Of a DNA stretch of 63,275 bases, positions 49,593 through 60,250 are shown piece after piece. The first letter of the stretch is position 1; every line of letters begins with the position of its first letter. The notes under the pieces were generated by a model. That model did not search any database, was not told the origin of the DNA, and saw only the letters and a program-made list of their open reading frames with translations. The DNA comes from an uncultured Oscillospiraceae bacterium (GTDB lineage Bacteria > Bacillota > Clostridia > Oscillospirales > Ruminococcaceae). Position numbers and translations under genes: made by a program. The stretch spans positions 1-63,275 of the forward strand of contig CASEVW010000117.1 in the NCBI GenBank assembly GCA_949291395.1, read 5' to 3'.

Positions 49593-51080
49593 TCACTTCA
49601 TATTTTCGTCAAAAAGTACCGCTTGGGCAGAGGCTTTCTTCTCTGCAATACGCTTCTGCACCTGAACCATTTCTGCCTTGGTCAGAGGACAGCTGCGCAT
49701 CGCAATCAGGGTAATGACCCAGCCAATGAGAGGCAGACCGAACTTGAGGGACAAGGTCATCCAGAAAATAGCCGAGGTGCAGGGATCGGTAGGCTGAGGC
49801 ATGGTGGTGGTATAGCCCAGCAGCGCCACAGCACCAGTGGCAATGACTGCTGCAAAAGAGGTGATCAGCTTGTCAACCAGGCTGTAGGTGCCGGATACCA
49901 CTGCCGGGATATAGCGGCCGCTGCGATCAAGCTCATAGTCAATGGCATCGGCCATATAGGAAGTGTTGGATGTGGTGATACACATATTAGAGCCGTTGAG
50001 CAGCAGTGTAAGCACCACATAAATGATCATCGAGGGGCTGCCCATCACGCCAATCTGAGAAGGTTCTCCGAAGATAAAGAAGATCACCAGCACTGCTGTG
50101 ATAGTCATGCTGACATAGGTCCAGGTGACAATGCCATTCTTGCTGCCGTGCTTGCCCACATATTTGGCACCGAAGGCGGCGAAGAAGATAGAAGGCACCA
50201 TGCTGATGACCGTCAAAATGGTAGCAAGGCCCATGTTGCCGATGAGGATTCCGTTGAACATCGTGTTGATGATGGCCTGGCTGGCTACCTGCTGAGCCAG
50301 CTTATCGGAGGCATTGGAGGCAATGTAGCACTGCAAAGGCTTGTTGCACTTCAGTACTTCAATAATATCCGCCATTTTCAGCGGCTCATACTTTTTGGTA
50401 CCCATAAAGGTTTCGGGCTTGTCGTAAGAAGAAACACCCAGGCAAACCAGCACGGTACCGACACCAGCCACCAGCAGGGTAACATTACAAGCCGCCGTCA
50501 GGAACTCCTGATTATACTGCCCGCCAAACATGGGCAGCAACATCACATTCATGACCATCGACATAGCCATAGGTACCAGATAGTTGAACACCGTCGTCCA
50601 AACGCCGATCGTCGGACGCTGATTGGGGTCATTGGTCATGATTGCAGGAATGGTCTGCGCTGTCATGTTGGTCACAGTGTAACCGATGATATAAATGATA
50701 TACAGCAATGTAAACATCGGCAGCCCCAATCCCTTGGAGGAGAAGCCAGTAAACATACCATAGAGAGCAGCGGCCTCGATAAGGTAACCGGCCACCATCA
50801 GGATGCGCAGTTTGCCGAACCGGGTGTTAACGCGGTCATATACAAAGGCCAGCAGCGGATCGGTGATGCCATCCAAAATGCGGGAACAGGTCAGAATAAC
50901 ACCTACCGCTGCAGTGGTGATTCCGTAACCGATGCTGGCAGAGTAACTCGCCATTCCAATCAGGGAGTAAACGCTCATGCCCACCAGTCCGTTGCAGGCG
51001 TAGCAGATGATTTGCCAGAGCTTGGCACGGCGATACTGTACGCCGTCAAGTTCACTGGCCGTAGGTTTCTTTTTGAACAT
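49593..51080 (-). CDS. GPH family (MFS) glycoside:cation symporter
   Basis: SRILDGITDP...DR..TRFGK.R, ADAIDY, charged C-terminal tail. Confidence 0.88.
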   Translation of the reverse strand: MFKKKPTASELDGVQYRRAKLWQIICYACNGLVGMSVYSLIGMASYSASIGYGITTAAVGVILTCSRILDGITDPLLAFVYDRVNTRFGKLRILMVAGYLIEAAALYGMFTGFSSKGLGLPMFTLLYIIYIIGYTVTNMTAQTIPAIMTNDPNQRPTIGVWTTVFNYLVPMAMSMVMNVMLLPMFGGQYNQEFLTAACNVTLLVAGVGTVLVCLGVSSYDKPETFMGTKKYEPLKMADIIEVLKCNKPLQCYIASNASDKLAQQVASQAIINTMFNGILIGNMGLATILTVISMVPSIFFAAFGAKYVGKHGSKNGIVTWTYVSMTITAVLVIFFIFGEPSQIGVMGSPSMIIYVVLTLLLNGSNMCITTSNTSYMADAIDYELDRSGRYIPAVVSGTYSLVDKLITSFAAVIATGAVALLGYTTTMPQPTDPCTSAIFWMTLSLKFGLPLIGWVITLIAMRSCPLTKAEMVQVQKRIAEKKASAQAVLFDENMK

Positions 51081-51316
51081 GGTTCTTCTCCTCCTAAAAA
51101 ATTACGGTGGCTTTGTTTCTGTCCTCACTATACCAGATCAGCACCCGGCAGGAGAGTCACTATTTCACAAAGGTGTACAATTATTCGTGTGCTTTTGGCA
51201 GCATGTTGATTTTTTATCCTTGATTTTAGATTTTTACACTCTTATTGTCCATCTGGTATGGTATGATGCAAACAGCAAAACAGAAATACCCGGTTAATAA
51301 AAAGGAGGAAAAATAT

Positions 51317-52618
51317 ATGCAGAAATTCACAAAAGGATTTCTGGTGGGGGCCGCCACTGCCGCCCATCAAGTAGAGGGTAACAATATCCATTCGGATTAT
51401 TGGGTGCAGGAACAACTGCCCCACTCCAGCTTTACTGAACCCAGCGGCATCGCCTGTGATCATTACAATCGATATGAGGACGATATCCGCCTGCTGGCTG
51501 ATGCTGGACTTAATTCTTATCGCTTTTCCATTGAGTGGGCACGCATTGAACCGGAGGAAGGCCAGTTTGACACCACCGAGGTTGAACATTATCGTAAAGT
51601 CATTGCCTGCTGCAAGGTCCATGGAGTAGAACCGGTGGTCACCCTGCTGCATTTTACCAGTCCAAAATGGTTGATTGTCAAAGGCGGGTGGGAAGCCGAG
51701 TCCACCGTAGAGGATTTCCGGCGCTATGTCTCTTATGTGATGGAGCACTTGGGCAGCGAACTGCATTATGTCTGTACCATCAACGAGGCCAACATGGGGC
51801 TGCAGCTGGCAGCAATCTCCAAACGGTTCCGCCTGATGGCCGAACAGGCGGCCAAATCCGCTGCTGCCGCTGGCAAATCCGCTGAAGGCACCGTGCAGGT
51901 GGGCATGAATTTTCAGAAAATGATGGAGAACATGAAGTTTGCCGCCACTGAAAACGCCGGGGTGTTCGGTGATCCGCAACCCAAGATCTTTGTCAGCGAA
52001 CGTACTCCCGAAGGTGATCTTCTGATCATGCGCGCCCACGCCGCTGCTCGAGAAGTCATCCGAACTCTCTGCCCTCATGTGAAAGTGGGGCTGACCCTTT
52101 CTCTCCATGATCTGCAGGCCCAGCCGGGCGGAGAAGCCTTTGCCGAAGCTGCTTGGGCGGAGGAGTTCACTCACTACCTGCCCTATATTCAGGCGGACGA
52201 TTTCCTGGGGGTGCAGAACTATACCCGCACCCTGTATGGTCCCACCGGCCAGTTGCCTGCCCCTGAAGGAGTTGAACTGACCCAGATGGACTATGAATAT
52301 TATCCCCAGGCGCTGGAAAATGTACTGCGTCGGGTCGCGGAGGACTTTCACGGCGACCTAATCGTCACCGAAAACGGCATTGCCACCGCCGATGACTCGC
52401 GCCGGGTGGCGTTTATCGAGCAGGCTTTATCCGGAGTGCAGCGTTGTATGACCGACGGTCTGCCGATCAAAGGTTACTTCCACTGGAGCCTGATGGATAA
52501 CTTTGAGTGGCAGAAAGGCTATTCCATGAACTTTGGCCTGATGGCCGTAGATCGGGCCACCATGGCCCGCACACCCAAGCCCAGTTTGACAGTGCTGGGA
52601 AGTTACGCTGGCGTGTAA
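51317..52618 (+). CDS. GH1 beta-glycosidase
   Basis: GAATAAHQVEG, YRFSIEW, TINEA acid/base, VTENG nucleophile, WSLMDNFEW. Confidence 0.93.
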   Translation: MQKFTKGFLVGAATAAHQVEGNNIHSDYWVQEQLPHSSFTEPSGIACDHYNRYEDDIRLLADAGLNSYRFSIEWARIEPEEGQFDTTEVEHYRKVIACCKVHGVEPVVTLLHFTSPKWLIVKGGWEAESTVEDFRRYVSYVMEHLGSELHYVCTINEANMGLQLAAISKRFRLMAEQAAKSAAAAGKSAEGTVQVGMNFQKMMENMKFAATENAGVFGDPQPKIFVSERTPEGDLLIMRAHAAAREVIRTLCPHVKVGLTLSLHDLQAQPGGEAFAEAAWAEEFTHYLPYIQADDFLGVQNYTRTLYGPTGQLPAPEGVELTQMDYEYYPQALENVLRRVAEDFHGDLIVTENGIATADDSRRVAFIEQALSGVQRCMTDGLPIKGYFHWSLMDNFEWQKGYSMNFGLMAVDRATMARTPKPSLTVLGSYAGV

Positions 52619-52623
52619 TCTCT

Positions 52624-52651
52624 AAAGGGCTGCCTGTGCGGCAGCCCTTTT
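52624..52651 (+). terminator. Terminator after GH1
   Basis: AAAGGGCTGCC...GGCAGCCCTTTT. Confidence 0.75.
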
Positions 52652-52798
52652 CGCATGGTATAACGGCGCAAATGGCCATTATACCACTTATTTGATTTTC
52701 TTTTTCTCTTCCTTTGCCGGGCAACCGAAAAAGATCGTAAATTATACCATTCCGCTGCCGCTTCATGGTATAATGACATTGAGCGAGGTGTGTTGTGG

Positions 52799-53998
52799 AT
52801 GGAGATTTTACAGAATATGAAATTGCTGGCAGAGCTGATTCAATGCGGCGGCTCGATTTTCACCTGGTGTTACAACGAAGAAGGTGCCTTGTTGGGCAGC
52901 AACTGCCCAGATGAGGCTTTTTTATCAGGTGTATTTGAACTATTTGGTTGCAAGGAGCAGATGTTGGCATACGGAACTGTACACGACACCCCTCTCACTC
53001 TGGGAACTGCCTTAGGTGTATTATGGTCCGCCGCTTTCGAGAAGGAGGATGGTCAACTCAAACGCACTTGGGTAATTGGGCCTGTTTTCTATCAAGATGT
53101 TTCCATGCGTGCCATTGAGCAAGGGCTTCGCTATTATAGCCGTTTGGAAACCAGCGTTTCTTGGGCAATGCACCTGCAAAAAATTCTTGCCAAAGTCCCT
53201 GTGGTACAAAACACCATCCTTCATCGCTACACCTTGATGGCACACTACTGTCTGACCGGGGAACACCTGTGTGTAAGCGATATTAACAGCGAAACACTTC
53301 CCCAAGTATTCGATTCCCCACAACTCCCTGCTCATGACCGCCATAAGGTCTGGATGGCAGAACAGGGACTGTTGGAAATGGTACGCACCGGCGACTTGAA
53401 CTATAAACAGGCACTTTCCAACAGTATGACCCTGAGTGCCGGCGTACCGGTACACAGCGATGATGCCCTGCGGCAAAGCAAAATATCGGTGATCGTGTTC
53501 ACTTCACTGGTGTGCCGTGCGGCCATTGAAGGCGGCCTTTCCCCTGAGGAAGCTTATGCTTTGGGTGATAGCTACATCCAAGCTGCCGAATCCGCCAAAA
53601 CATTGGACGATCTGAATCCGCTAAGTCTTATGATGTACGATGATTTTATCCGGCGGGTTCACAAATGCCGCACCAACCCTAAGCTCAGTCGCCCGGTACA
53701 GCAGTGTGTGGATTATATTGAGATGCACTTGGACCAGAAGATCCGAGCAAGCGACTTGGCCCCGGTGGTGGGTTATACTGAATATTACCTAACCCACAAA
53801 TTCAAAGCAGAAACAGGCCTTTGCATCAACGACTACATAAAATTTGCTAAAATCGAACGGGCCAAGGTCCTGCTGAAAAGCACCGATCAGACCGTGCAGG
53901 AGATTGCCGCATCCCTATGTTTCAGTACGCGAAACTATTTTTCCCGCGTTTTTCTGGCTGTGACTGGCCAGACTCCTATTCAATACCGGGAAGGATGA
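52799..53998 (+). CDS. AraC family regulator
   Basis: RAAIEGG sensor region; C-terminal double HTH ending YFSRVF...GQTP.QYR. Confidence 0.9.
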   Translation: MEILQNMKLLAELIQCGGSIFTWCYNEEGALLGSNCPDEAFLSGVFELFGCKEQMLAYGTVHDTPLTLGTALGVLWSAAFEKEDGQLKRTWVIGPVFYQDVSMRAIEQGLRYYSRLETSVSWAMHLQKILAKVPVVQNTILHRYTLMAHYCLTGEHLCVSDINSETLPQVFDSPQLPAHDRHKVWMAEQGLLEMVRTGDLNYKQALSNSMTLSAGVPVHSDDALRQSKISVIVFTSLVCRAAIEGGLSPEEAYALGDSYIQAAESAKTLDDLNPLSLMMYDDFIRRVHKCRTNPKLSRPVQQCVDYIEMHLDQKIRASDLAPVVGYTEYYLTHKFKAETGLCINDYIKFAKIERAKVLLKSTDQTVQEIAASLCFSTRNYFSRVFLAVTGQTPIQYREG

Positions 53999-54053
53999 AA
54001 CTTTTCCGCACACCAAAACAGACAGCGAGGAAAATCCTCCGCTGTCTGTTTTC

Positions 54054-54632
54054 TTATATAGAACATATTGGCGGCTCCACGCTGGCAGCTTCGGCACACA
54101 ACGCCGTAATAGCCGTTGCCACCTGTTCCGGCGAAAGCTTTCGTCCACTGCGCAGCCAGTATTCCATCACACCGGCAGCCCCTGCAAACAAAAAGGTATT
54201 CTGCATACCTCTCCAGCCGTCAATAGTTTTGCTATGGATGTCTGTGTCCAAACGCAAGTCCATGTAGCGAAAGCACCGTTCCACTACTCGATGCAAAAAA
54301 TCATCATCGGGGCTTTTTCGCGCCAGTATCGTCAAAAGGTCCTCGTCGTTGTACAACTTTTGCAGCATGGGAAGAAGGACCGCCTGCACGCCCCGGTCCT
54401 GGGTACTCACCAAAATTTTCTCCAACTGTTGCAGGGCCTGTTCCTCCAGCTGTTCCACCAGATCATAGCAATCCCGGAAATACCGGTAGAAGGTTCCTCT
54501 GTTAATCTGAGCCAAGGCACAGATTTCTTTGACTGTAATCTTTTCCATAGGCTTTTGTTGTAAAAGCTGCCAAAATGCAGTAGTGATGATCTGCTGTGTA
54601 TACCGGGTACGTGGGTCAATTTTCATTTCCAT
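54054..54632 (-). CDS. TetR/AcrR family regulator
   Basis: ITVKEIC.LAQINRGTFYRYF.D.YDL; divergent from the MATE gene. Confidence 0.9.
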   Translation of the reverse strand: MEMKIDPRTRYTQQIITTAFWQLLQQKPMEKITVKEICALAQINRGTFYRYFRDCYDLVEQLEEQALQQLEKILVSTQDRGVQAVLLPMLQKLYNDEDLLTILARKSPDDDFLHRVVERCFRYMDLRLDTDIHSKTIDGWRGMQNTFLFAGAAGVMEYWLRSGRKLSPEQVATAITALCAEAASVEPPICSI

Positions 54633-54794
54633 GCTCCTTTTAGTAACAACTTTATAGAATTTGTTGCGCAAATCATCATCTGATGTTTATTTGTTGATTG
54701 CGCCCTCTCTTTGCTATCAGTATACTAAAAGGCAGAAGCAAAAGCAACACGCGTTGAAAAAAACATCACATGTTCTTTTGGGGGAGGATTTTCT

Positions 54795-56156
54795 ATGCAG
54801 AGTGAACGGTTGTTTAAGGATGCACCGGTCTGGCGGGCCATCAGCGCACTGGTTGGCCCATCCATTTTGTCAGTTCTGGTCATGGTAATTTATAATATGA
54901 CCGATCTGTTTTTTATTGGATTACTGCAAGACACCGCCCAGACTGCGGCTGTAGCAGTAGTGGGACCTGTCTTTACTCTGGCTGCTGCCGGCGCCACTGT
55001 GCTGGGCATGGGTGGTTGTGCCGTGGTGGCTGGTTCACTTGGAGCTGGTGACCTGCAAGATGCCCGGTGCATCTCCAGCCTTTGTGGATGGTGCTCCATT
55101 TTGGTCGGTGTTATCCTAACCGTAGTGCTGAATTTGTTCTGTGAACCAATTTTATCTTTGTTGGGCACCAATGACGAAATCCTGCCTTACGCAACCGATT
55201 ACCTGCGCATCTTAGCCATTGGTGCTCCAGCTATGATTTTTTCCGTTTCTGCTGCCACCCTCCTGCGGGCGGATGGTGCTATCCGCCGGGGACTTGTGGG
55301 AAACTTGGCAGGAAGTATCACCAACATTCTTCTGGATCCACTTTTCATCTTAGGGTTTGGCTGGAATATCGCCGGGGCTGCCGTCGCTACCATGATAGGC
55401 AATCTGGTAGCCAGCGGGCTTTACCTGAACCACATTCTATTCCACTCCGAAGCCCTGAGTCTGTGTCCCTCCGATGCCTTGCGCCACCCGACCCGACTGG
55501 GCCGAGTCCTGGCGCTGGGTTTGCCCAACGGGGTAAGCAGCCTGTTGAGCGGTCTTGCGGGCAGTTTCAGTAATCGGCTGCTATCCGCCTATGGTACTAA
55601 TGCCCTAGCCGCCATGGCTGCTGCCGATAAATCTGCCATGGTCGTCACACTGGTACAGATGGGGATCTGCATGGGACTACAACCCTTGTTGGCCTACAAT
55701 GTGGGCGGACACAATTTTCCCAGACTACGGGCGGTCTTGAACCGGAGTTTCGGCCTGACCGTCGGATTTGGCACATTGTTCACCCTATTTTGCCTGTTGG
55801 CCCAGCAACCGCTGATTGGGCTGTTTCTCTCTGATCCCGAAGCCATATCTTTGGCACGCCAGTTACTTCCCTGGCTTTTGGCTGGCAGTCCGTTGCTTGG
55901 CCTGTACTACCTGGGCATCAACTTCCTGCAAGCCGCCGGTTATGCTGGTATCGCCACGCTGCTCTCCGCCTTACGGCAAGGGGTACTTCTGGTTCCAGCT
56001 CTGTACGGGTTCCACAGTCTGCTGGGCTTGCCGGGCTTGGCCTCTGCTCGGACTGCAACCGACCTCTTTAGTGCAATCATTGCCCTGCTGCTCTTTGTCT
56101 TGGTATGGCGCAAACTAACAAACAACAAACTGCGGCCCTTCCATAATGCCCTATAA
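54795..56156 (+). CDS. MATE family efflux transporter
   Basis: IYNMTDLFFIG, LRADG, NILLDPLFI, GAAVAT, QPLLAYNVG. Confidence 0.9.
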   Translation: MQSERLFKDAPVWRAISALVGPSILSVLVMVIYNMTDLFFIGLLQDTAQTAAVAVVGPVFTLAAAGATVLGMGGCAVVAGSLGAGDLQDARCISSLCGWCSILVGVILTVVLNLFCEPILSLLGTNDEILPYATDYLRILAIGAPAMIFSVSAATLLRADGAIRRGLVGNLAGSITNILLDPLFILGFGWNIAGAAVATMIGNLVASGLYLNHILFHSEALSLCPSDALRHPTRLGRVLALGLPNGVSSLLSGLAGSFSNRLLSAYGTNALAAMAAADKSAMVVTLVQMGICMGLQPLLAYNVGGHNFPRLRAVLNRSFGLTVGFGTLFTLFCLLAQQPLIGLFLSDPEAISLARQLLPWLLAGSPLLGLYYLGINFLQAAGYAGIATLLSALRQGVLLVPALYGFHSLLGLPGLASARTATDLFSAIIALLLFVLVWRKLTNNKLRPFHNAL

Positions 56157-56340
56157 AGCATCGTTCCCTCTTACGAGAAATCATCTGAACTTTCTTCTCA
56201 GAAATACCGTTCATCCCTTTCGCTTGGGATAGCGCATATATTACACGAAAATTTATCCTTGATTCCGAATTATCACCCCGCATCGCTTCCATTTTTTCGT
56301 TATAATGAAAGCAATCTAAAAACGAAAGGACTGTAGAACT

Positions 56341-58953
56341 GTGCAGGCAACCAATCTGCAAACCAATCATCTGACAGCCCCTCTGGGGATGGACGGCGGG
56401 CCGCTGTTTTTATCCTGGCAATGCACCGGCGGACTGAGTCAGACCGCTTATGAAATTCAGCTGACGACAGACGGCGTTCTCTGCTGGGAAAGTGGCAAGA
56501 CTCCTAGCAGCGCCATGCACGCCGACGCCCCTGCTATAGTTAGTTCCCGGGTGCGCGGCAGCTGGAAGATCCGTCTGTGGGACGAAACTGACCATCCCGG
56601 TCCTTGGAATGAGGCGTTCTTCGAAACTGGGCTTGCCTCCGAAGATTGGCAGGGCCTATGGGTGGACCCCGAAACCGAGCCGATGGAGATTCCCGGCGAC
56701 GATGCCATCAATGCCTTTGCACGCCCAAACTGGGAGCGTAAGCAGTCTGAAAAGGCGGTCGCCAACCAAGGAGTCCCCGAACCTTATCAGCCTCATCGCC
56801 CGGCCTCCTTCCTGCGGAAGACATTCAACGCCCCTGCAGGCAGCGGACGGCTGTATATCACAGCCAAAGGTCTGTATGTAGCGTGGCTCAATGGTGTGCG
56901 GGTCGGCAATATGGTTCTGGCGCCCGGCAGTTTTACCGCTGATAAACATCTAGGCGCTCAGACTTATGATGTAACCGGCCTTCTTCAGGAAGGTAAGAAT
57001 GAGTTGCTCATTGCTTTGGGGGACGGCTGGTATCGTAGCACCAGCGGCGTAGATGGTGATCGTAACCTTTTTGGCGATACGCTCGGGGTCTTGTTCCAAC
57101 TGGAGGTAAACGGACAGGTCGTTTGCGTTTCAGACGAAAGCATGCAGGCCACACAGCAGGGACCCATCCGCCAGAACGATATGCAGCAGGGTGAGGTATA
57201 CGACGCCCGCCTGGAAGGCCCGCTCTCTGGCTGGCATGGTGTGCGAGCTTATTCAGACATCCTGCCCATCACGGGCATGAACACAGTTTTGATCCGCGAG
57301 CAGGAAACATTTACCGGCCGGCTCCTCACCACCCCTAACGGGGAACGGGTATTGGATTTCGGGCAAAACATCGCCGGCTATGTAGAGATGACCCTCACCG
57401 CCCATGCAGGTCAGAAAGTTCTTTTGACCTGCGGCGAATCACTGGATGAGAACGGTAACTTTACCCAGGAAAACTTTCAGGATCGCAATCGCCACAAAGA
57501 AGGCGGCACCGCCCAAATGCTGGAATTGATCTGCAAAGAGGGTGTCAACCACTTCAAGCCCAACTTCACCATAATGGGATTCCAGTATGCCAAGGTAGAA
57601 ACAGATGTCGACTTGACAGGGGCGGTATTTACCGCTCATGCGGTCTACTCCGATATGGCGGTGACCGGTTCTTTCACCTGTGGCGATGCAGCGGTGAACA
57701 AACTGGTGCAAAACAGCATTTGGAGTCAGAAAGGTAATTTCTGTGATATACCCACAGACTGTCCTACCCGGGAACGGGCAGGCTGGACCGGCGACATGGG
57801 CGTCTTTATTGAAACTGGCCTGACATTGATGGACTGCTATCCTGTGGCGGAAAAATGGCTGAGAGAATGCCGCCTGAATCAGTATCCCGATGGTCGTATG
57901 GCCAACATTGCTCCACCCAGCAGCCGTCCCGGTTATATGACTCCGATGCTCTGCATGTCCGCCGGTTGGGGTGATGCTGCAATTCTTGTCCCCTATTCTT
58001 TATATAAGCGCACAGGTGACCGTCGAATTCTCTCCGACAACTATGAGATGATGCAGCGGTGGTATACCTTTTTGCTGGGACGGGCACAGCAGACTACCGA
58101 AGAACAGCAAAGCGGTAAATACGCCAAATACACGGTGCTCAACGGGTTGGACTACGGCGAGTGGTGCGAACCCGGCGTGACCCCTATGCAGGCCATGTCC
58201 AACCCGCGCAAAAGCGTCGGTACTGCCTACCTGGCTTACTCCGGCAGACTGCTGGCTGAAATTGCAGCGGTTCTGGGCCACCAAGAGGATGCTTGCTTTT
58301 ACCGCGATACGGCTTCCAATGCAGAAAAAGCTTACCGTGCCGCCTTCACGCAGGATGGTGTTATCAACTCCGAACGCCAGTGCGAATATGTCCGTGCCAT
58401 TGCCTTTAATCTCTTGGGGGACAAGGAAAGCCGGACCGCCGCCGCGACATTGAATCAGATGATCATAGACAGTAGCTATCACCTGAACACCGGATTTCTC
58501 TCCACTCCTTTCCTGTGCAGCGTATTGGCTCAATATGGTTATGCCGACACCGCATATCGCCTGCTGTTGCAGACGGAAGCCCCCGGCTGGCTGTATGCAG
58601 TAAACAAAGGAGCCAACACAATTTGGGAAACCTGGACCGGCATCGATGCCGAAGGCAAGCCGCACGAATCACTGAACCACTATTCCTATGGAGCCATTTG
58701 CGGCTGGCTGTTCGGCGGTGTCTGCGGTATCCATTTGGCAGACGAAAAGCTGACCATCGCCCCCACACCCCACAAAGCCTTAGGGTATGCCAAGGCCGTC
58801 TACAACTCCCCCATAGGGCGTATTGCGAGCAGCTGGCGCTATGACGGCGATTCCGTTTGCTACGAATTTACGATTCCTTCTAACATGGTAGCTGACATCT
58901 GCCTCCCAGACGGGCGGACGGCAACACTTTCTTCCGGTACTCATAAAATTTAA
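56341..58953 (+). CDS. GH78 alpha-L-rhamnosidase
   Basis: DFGQN, PTDCPTRERAGWTGD, TGFLST, TIWETW, SLNHYSYG. Confidence 0.93.
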   Translation: MQATNLQTNHLTAPLGMDGGPLFLSWQCTGGLSQTAYEIQLTTDGVLCWESGKTPSSAMHADAPAIVSSRVRGSWKIRLWDETDHPGPWNEAFFETGLASEDWQGLWVDPETEPMEIPGDDAINAFARPNWERKQSEKAVANQGVPEPYQPHRPASFLRKTFNAPAGSGRLYITAKGLYVAWLNGVRVGNMVLAPGSFTADKHLGAQTYDVTGLLQEGKNELLIALGDGWYRSTSGVDGDRNLFGDTLGVLFQLEVNGQVVCVSDESMQATQQGPIRQNDMQQGEVYDARLEGPLSGWHGVRAYSDILPITGMNTVLIREQETFTGRLLTTPNGERVLDFGQNIAGYVEMTLTAHAGQKVLLTCGESLDENGNFTQENFQDRNRHKEGGTAQMLELICKEGVNHFKPNFTIMGFQYAKVETDVDLTGAVFTAHAVYSDMAVTGSFTCGDAAVNKLVQNSIWSQKGNFCDIPTDCPTRERAGWTGDMGVFIETGLTLMDCYPVAEKWLRECRLNQYPDGRMANIAPPSSRPGYMTPMLCMSAGWGDAAILVPYSLYKRTGDRRILSDNYEMMQRWYTFLLGRAQQTTEEQQSGKYAKYTVLNGLDYGEWCEPGVTPMQAMSNPRKSVGTAYLAYSGRLLAEIAAVLGHQEDACFYRDTASNAEKAYRAAFTQDGVINSERQCEYVRAIAFNLLGDKESRTAAATLNQMIIDSSYHLNTGFLSTPFLCSVLAQYGYADTAYRLLLQTEAPGWLYAVNKGANTIWETWTGIDAEGKPHESLNHYSYGAICGWLFGGVCGIHLADEKLTIAPTPHKALGYAKAVYNSPIGRIASSWRYDGDSVCYEFTIPSNMVADICLPDGRTATLSSGTHKI

Positions 58954-59138
58954 AAAGGAATCTCATCGTCAAACAAAAGAATACCGTCAAAATTTCTTCA
59001 ACGAATCAGTGTAAATGCATAGGCTCCAAGCGATGTTTTCTTCATGCAGGGAAAACACCACTTGGAGCCTTTTGCTTAAGAAATCCCTAAAACCACAAGA
59101 ATCACTGTCCTTTCAGACATCACGCCCCAAATGCAACC

Positions 59139-60113
59139 TCATTCGGGACAAATTGTCGTAAGACGATACTGTGCTGGGCTGCAACCATATTTCCCCTTAA
59201 ATTTGTTATGGAAATAACTACTATTTTCATATCCAATAAATTCAAGAATAGCGTTGACAGGCATGCTGGTGTTAGTAAGCAGATAGGCCGCCTGCTGCAG
59301 TTTACGCTGCTGAAGCAACTGCTTAAAATTTGCACCGGTGTGGTGCTTCAGCAGCCGACTCAAAGCATAGGCTGGCATGTGCAGACGGGCGGCGATCTCC
59401 TCCAGCGTCCCATTCCGATAGGATGTTTCGATGTATTGCAGAGTGGAAAAGACTGCGTTTTCATCCCGATTCTCCGGCAGGGTGCGGTTGATGTTCTCTG
59501 CAAACAACGTCAAATTCTGAAGCAGCAAACCCATGGTGGTCTGGTTCAGCAGATTGACCCCGGGCTTTTTCTCCAGCAGGGTCCAGATCATATTTTCCAG
59601 AAGATTCTCCACCGGCAGGATATCCCCCGCCGCAATGTGCAGCCAGCCCGCAAAGGTGGACGTCTCCGACAGGGTGGATACCAGAAAATCCCGCAGCACG
59701 TTCTCCTGCTCCAGCATCCGGAAGCTCCGGTCGAAGAACTGGGGCAGGATGATGAAGTTCACCCCCACATCCTCTTCAGAGGCGGGCAGGATCTCGTGAT
59801 AGACCGCCTGGTTCAGGAACAGCAGGTCTCCGGTATGCAGCACCATCCGGCTGGTGCCGTTCAGAATATGGGTGGTGGAGCCGCTGCACATGTACAGCAC
59901 CTCCACATAGTTGTGCCGGTGGCGGGGAAAATGCACAAACCGGGTGTGAGGGCGAATCTCGATCAGCTTGCCCTTTTCTAGCATTTTTTCGCTGTCCACC
60001 ACGAAATCACGTCCTGCGCCGTACCGCGCTCGCTGGATCTCTCGCTGCCCGTCCAGAATGGCCCGCTCTTCCTCCGTGATCTCTTTCAGCCTGTGCAAAA
60101 GACGCTCATCCAT
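59139..60113 (-). CDS. AraC family regulator with cupin domain (rha operon regulator)
   Basis: HRHNYVE cupin; GYENSSYF...YG.SP..YR HTH; divergent from rhaB. Confidence 0.88.
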   Translation of the reverse strand: MDERLLHRLKEITEEERAILDGQREIQRARYGAGRDFVVDSEKMLEKGKLIEIRPHTRFVHFPRHRHNYVEVLYMCSGSTTHILNGTSRMVLHTGDLLFLNQAVYHEILPASEEDVGVNFIILPQFFDRSFRMLEQENVLRDFLVSTLSETSTFAGWLHIAAGDILPVENLLENMIWTLLEKKPGVNLLNQTTMGLLLQNLTLFAENINRTLPENRDENAVFSTLQYIETSYRNGTLEEIAARLHMPAYALSRLLKHHTGANFKQLLQQRKLQQAAYLLTNTSMPVNAILEFIGYENSSYFHNKFKGKYGCSPAQYRLTTICPE

Positions 60114-60250
60114 GGCAACCCCTCCTTTTTTCAGCATAGCACAACCGGTCGAAATCTGCAAATGAAGTCCCCATTTTCCTCAAAAGCGGTCCTTTTTTGC
60201 CTCCCGCGAAACGAATACAATTAAAAGAAAAAGCAGAAAGGAGACTTCCC

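Noticed and set aside
47355-51209. 1284-codon + strand ORF
   Set aside because: Antisense shadow of the GH2 and GPH genes; no recognisable motifs or RBS, and its composition mirrors the real genes' codon bias
58953-59139. Right att end of the element after GH78
   Set aside because: Only a terminator-like hairpin (AGGCTCCAAG/CTTGGAGCCT) is present; no tRNA 5' fragment or repeat of the left junction was found
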